From contig NW_021825323.1 of the NCBI RefSeq assembly GCF_006345805.1, positions 806,001-870,000 of the forward strand: a stretch of 64,000 nt of DNA. The letters are read 5' to 3'. Below the pieces are notes generated by a model. The model was not told the origin of the DNA, ran no database searches, and was given only the letters and a program-made list of their open reading frames with translations. This stretch comes from Octopus sinensis. Taxonomy: Eukaryota. The position numbers were made by a program, and so were the translations under genes. Within the stretch, counting starts at the first letter, position 1; each line of letters starts with the position of its first letter. Shown here in pieces: positions 63,630 to 64,000 of this stretch.

Positions 63630-64000
63630 ATAATTCTCTCTCTCTTTCCATTTCTCTTTATTCTCTCTCTTTTTCCATTTCTTTTTGTCATCCATTTGTT
63701 CATTGTTTTTATCTTGCTCTCTTTTTATGTCTTTCTGTTTCCAACCCACTTCTGTTCTATGCTCTACTTGCGAAGTTAGTAACAACCGCAAGAAAGGGAG
63801 AGTCTGTTCTAGTTGCGACAGATTCTTCCACCTTTCTTGCGTGCGTCTTTCCAGGCGCGTTTCTGCCTCTCTCTTAATTTGGGACTGTCCTTCCTGCCGC
63901 TCTTGCCAGCCGTTCAGTGTTCCAGCCCGCAAGAACTCCCCGAAAAACGCCATTCGCTGCATCCCCGTCTGCCGAGGAAGTTCTCAAATCTATCAAGCTC
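63630..64000 (+). mobile_element. 5' end of a CRE retrotransposon (same family as 8559-11381), ORF open from 63727 to the window edge, N-terminal PHD finger
   Basis: 63911-64000 nearly matches the reverse complement of 11292-11381. ATG 63727 gives MSFCFQPTSVLCSTCEVSNNRKKGRVCSSCDRFFHLSCVRLSRRVSASLLIWDCPSC with no stop. Confidence 0.9.

Noticed and set aside
1-64000. Ciliate or other non-standard genetic code suggested by AT richness and tiny introns
   Set aside because: Conserved proteins end at TAA, TAG or TGA at the expected positions and conserved Trp is TGG; internal stops are explained by introns or TE decay.

Overview
AT-rich, highly compacted eukaryotic DNA in the standard genetic code, probably from a miniaturised animal. 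The gene set (SLC6, STX17, RNF10, E(z), telobox Myb, STPG1) plus 23-38 nt introns suggests a dicyemid/orthonectid/myxozoan-type genome; this is inference only. I can support 16 spliced host genes of recognisable family: MRPS5, importin alpha, MED14, a RhoGAP, DOP1, OXSM, a small TRF-like telobox protein, an SLC6 transporter, RNF10, STX17, REV7/MAD2L2, SUCLA2, E(z)/EZH2, ABT1, STPG1 and CKS1. There is also one unidentified coiled-coil gene. Intergenic spaces hold transposon debris: Tc1, two hAT lineages, an rve integrase, two other LINE remnants and a MITE. The dominant element is a CRE-clade non-LTR retrotransposon (RT plus restriction-like endonuclease), present as at least 9 copies from several subfamilies. 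Main highlights: (1) three divergent copies start with a Cys4-His-Cys3 PHD finger, found only by manual translation and absent from the ORF track; (2) one copy has an exact 96-bp target-site duplication that gives each of two convergent genes its own copy of their shared 3' region; (3) two short copies share the same 5' truncation point; (4) splice-acceptor AGs lie just before many start codons, and RNF10-STX17-REV7 form a tight co-directional cluster, hinting at trans-splicing/operons. No rRNA, tRNA or CRISPR array was recognised. Exon boundaries were inferred by eye and coordinates of degenerate elements are approximate.
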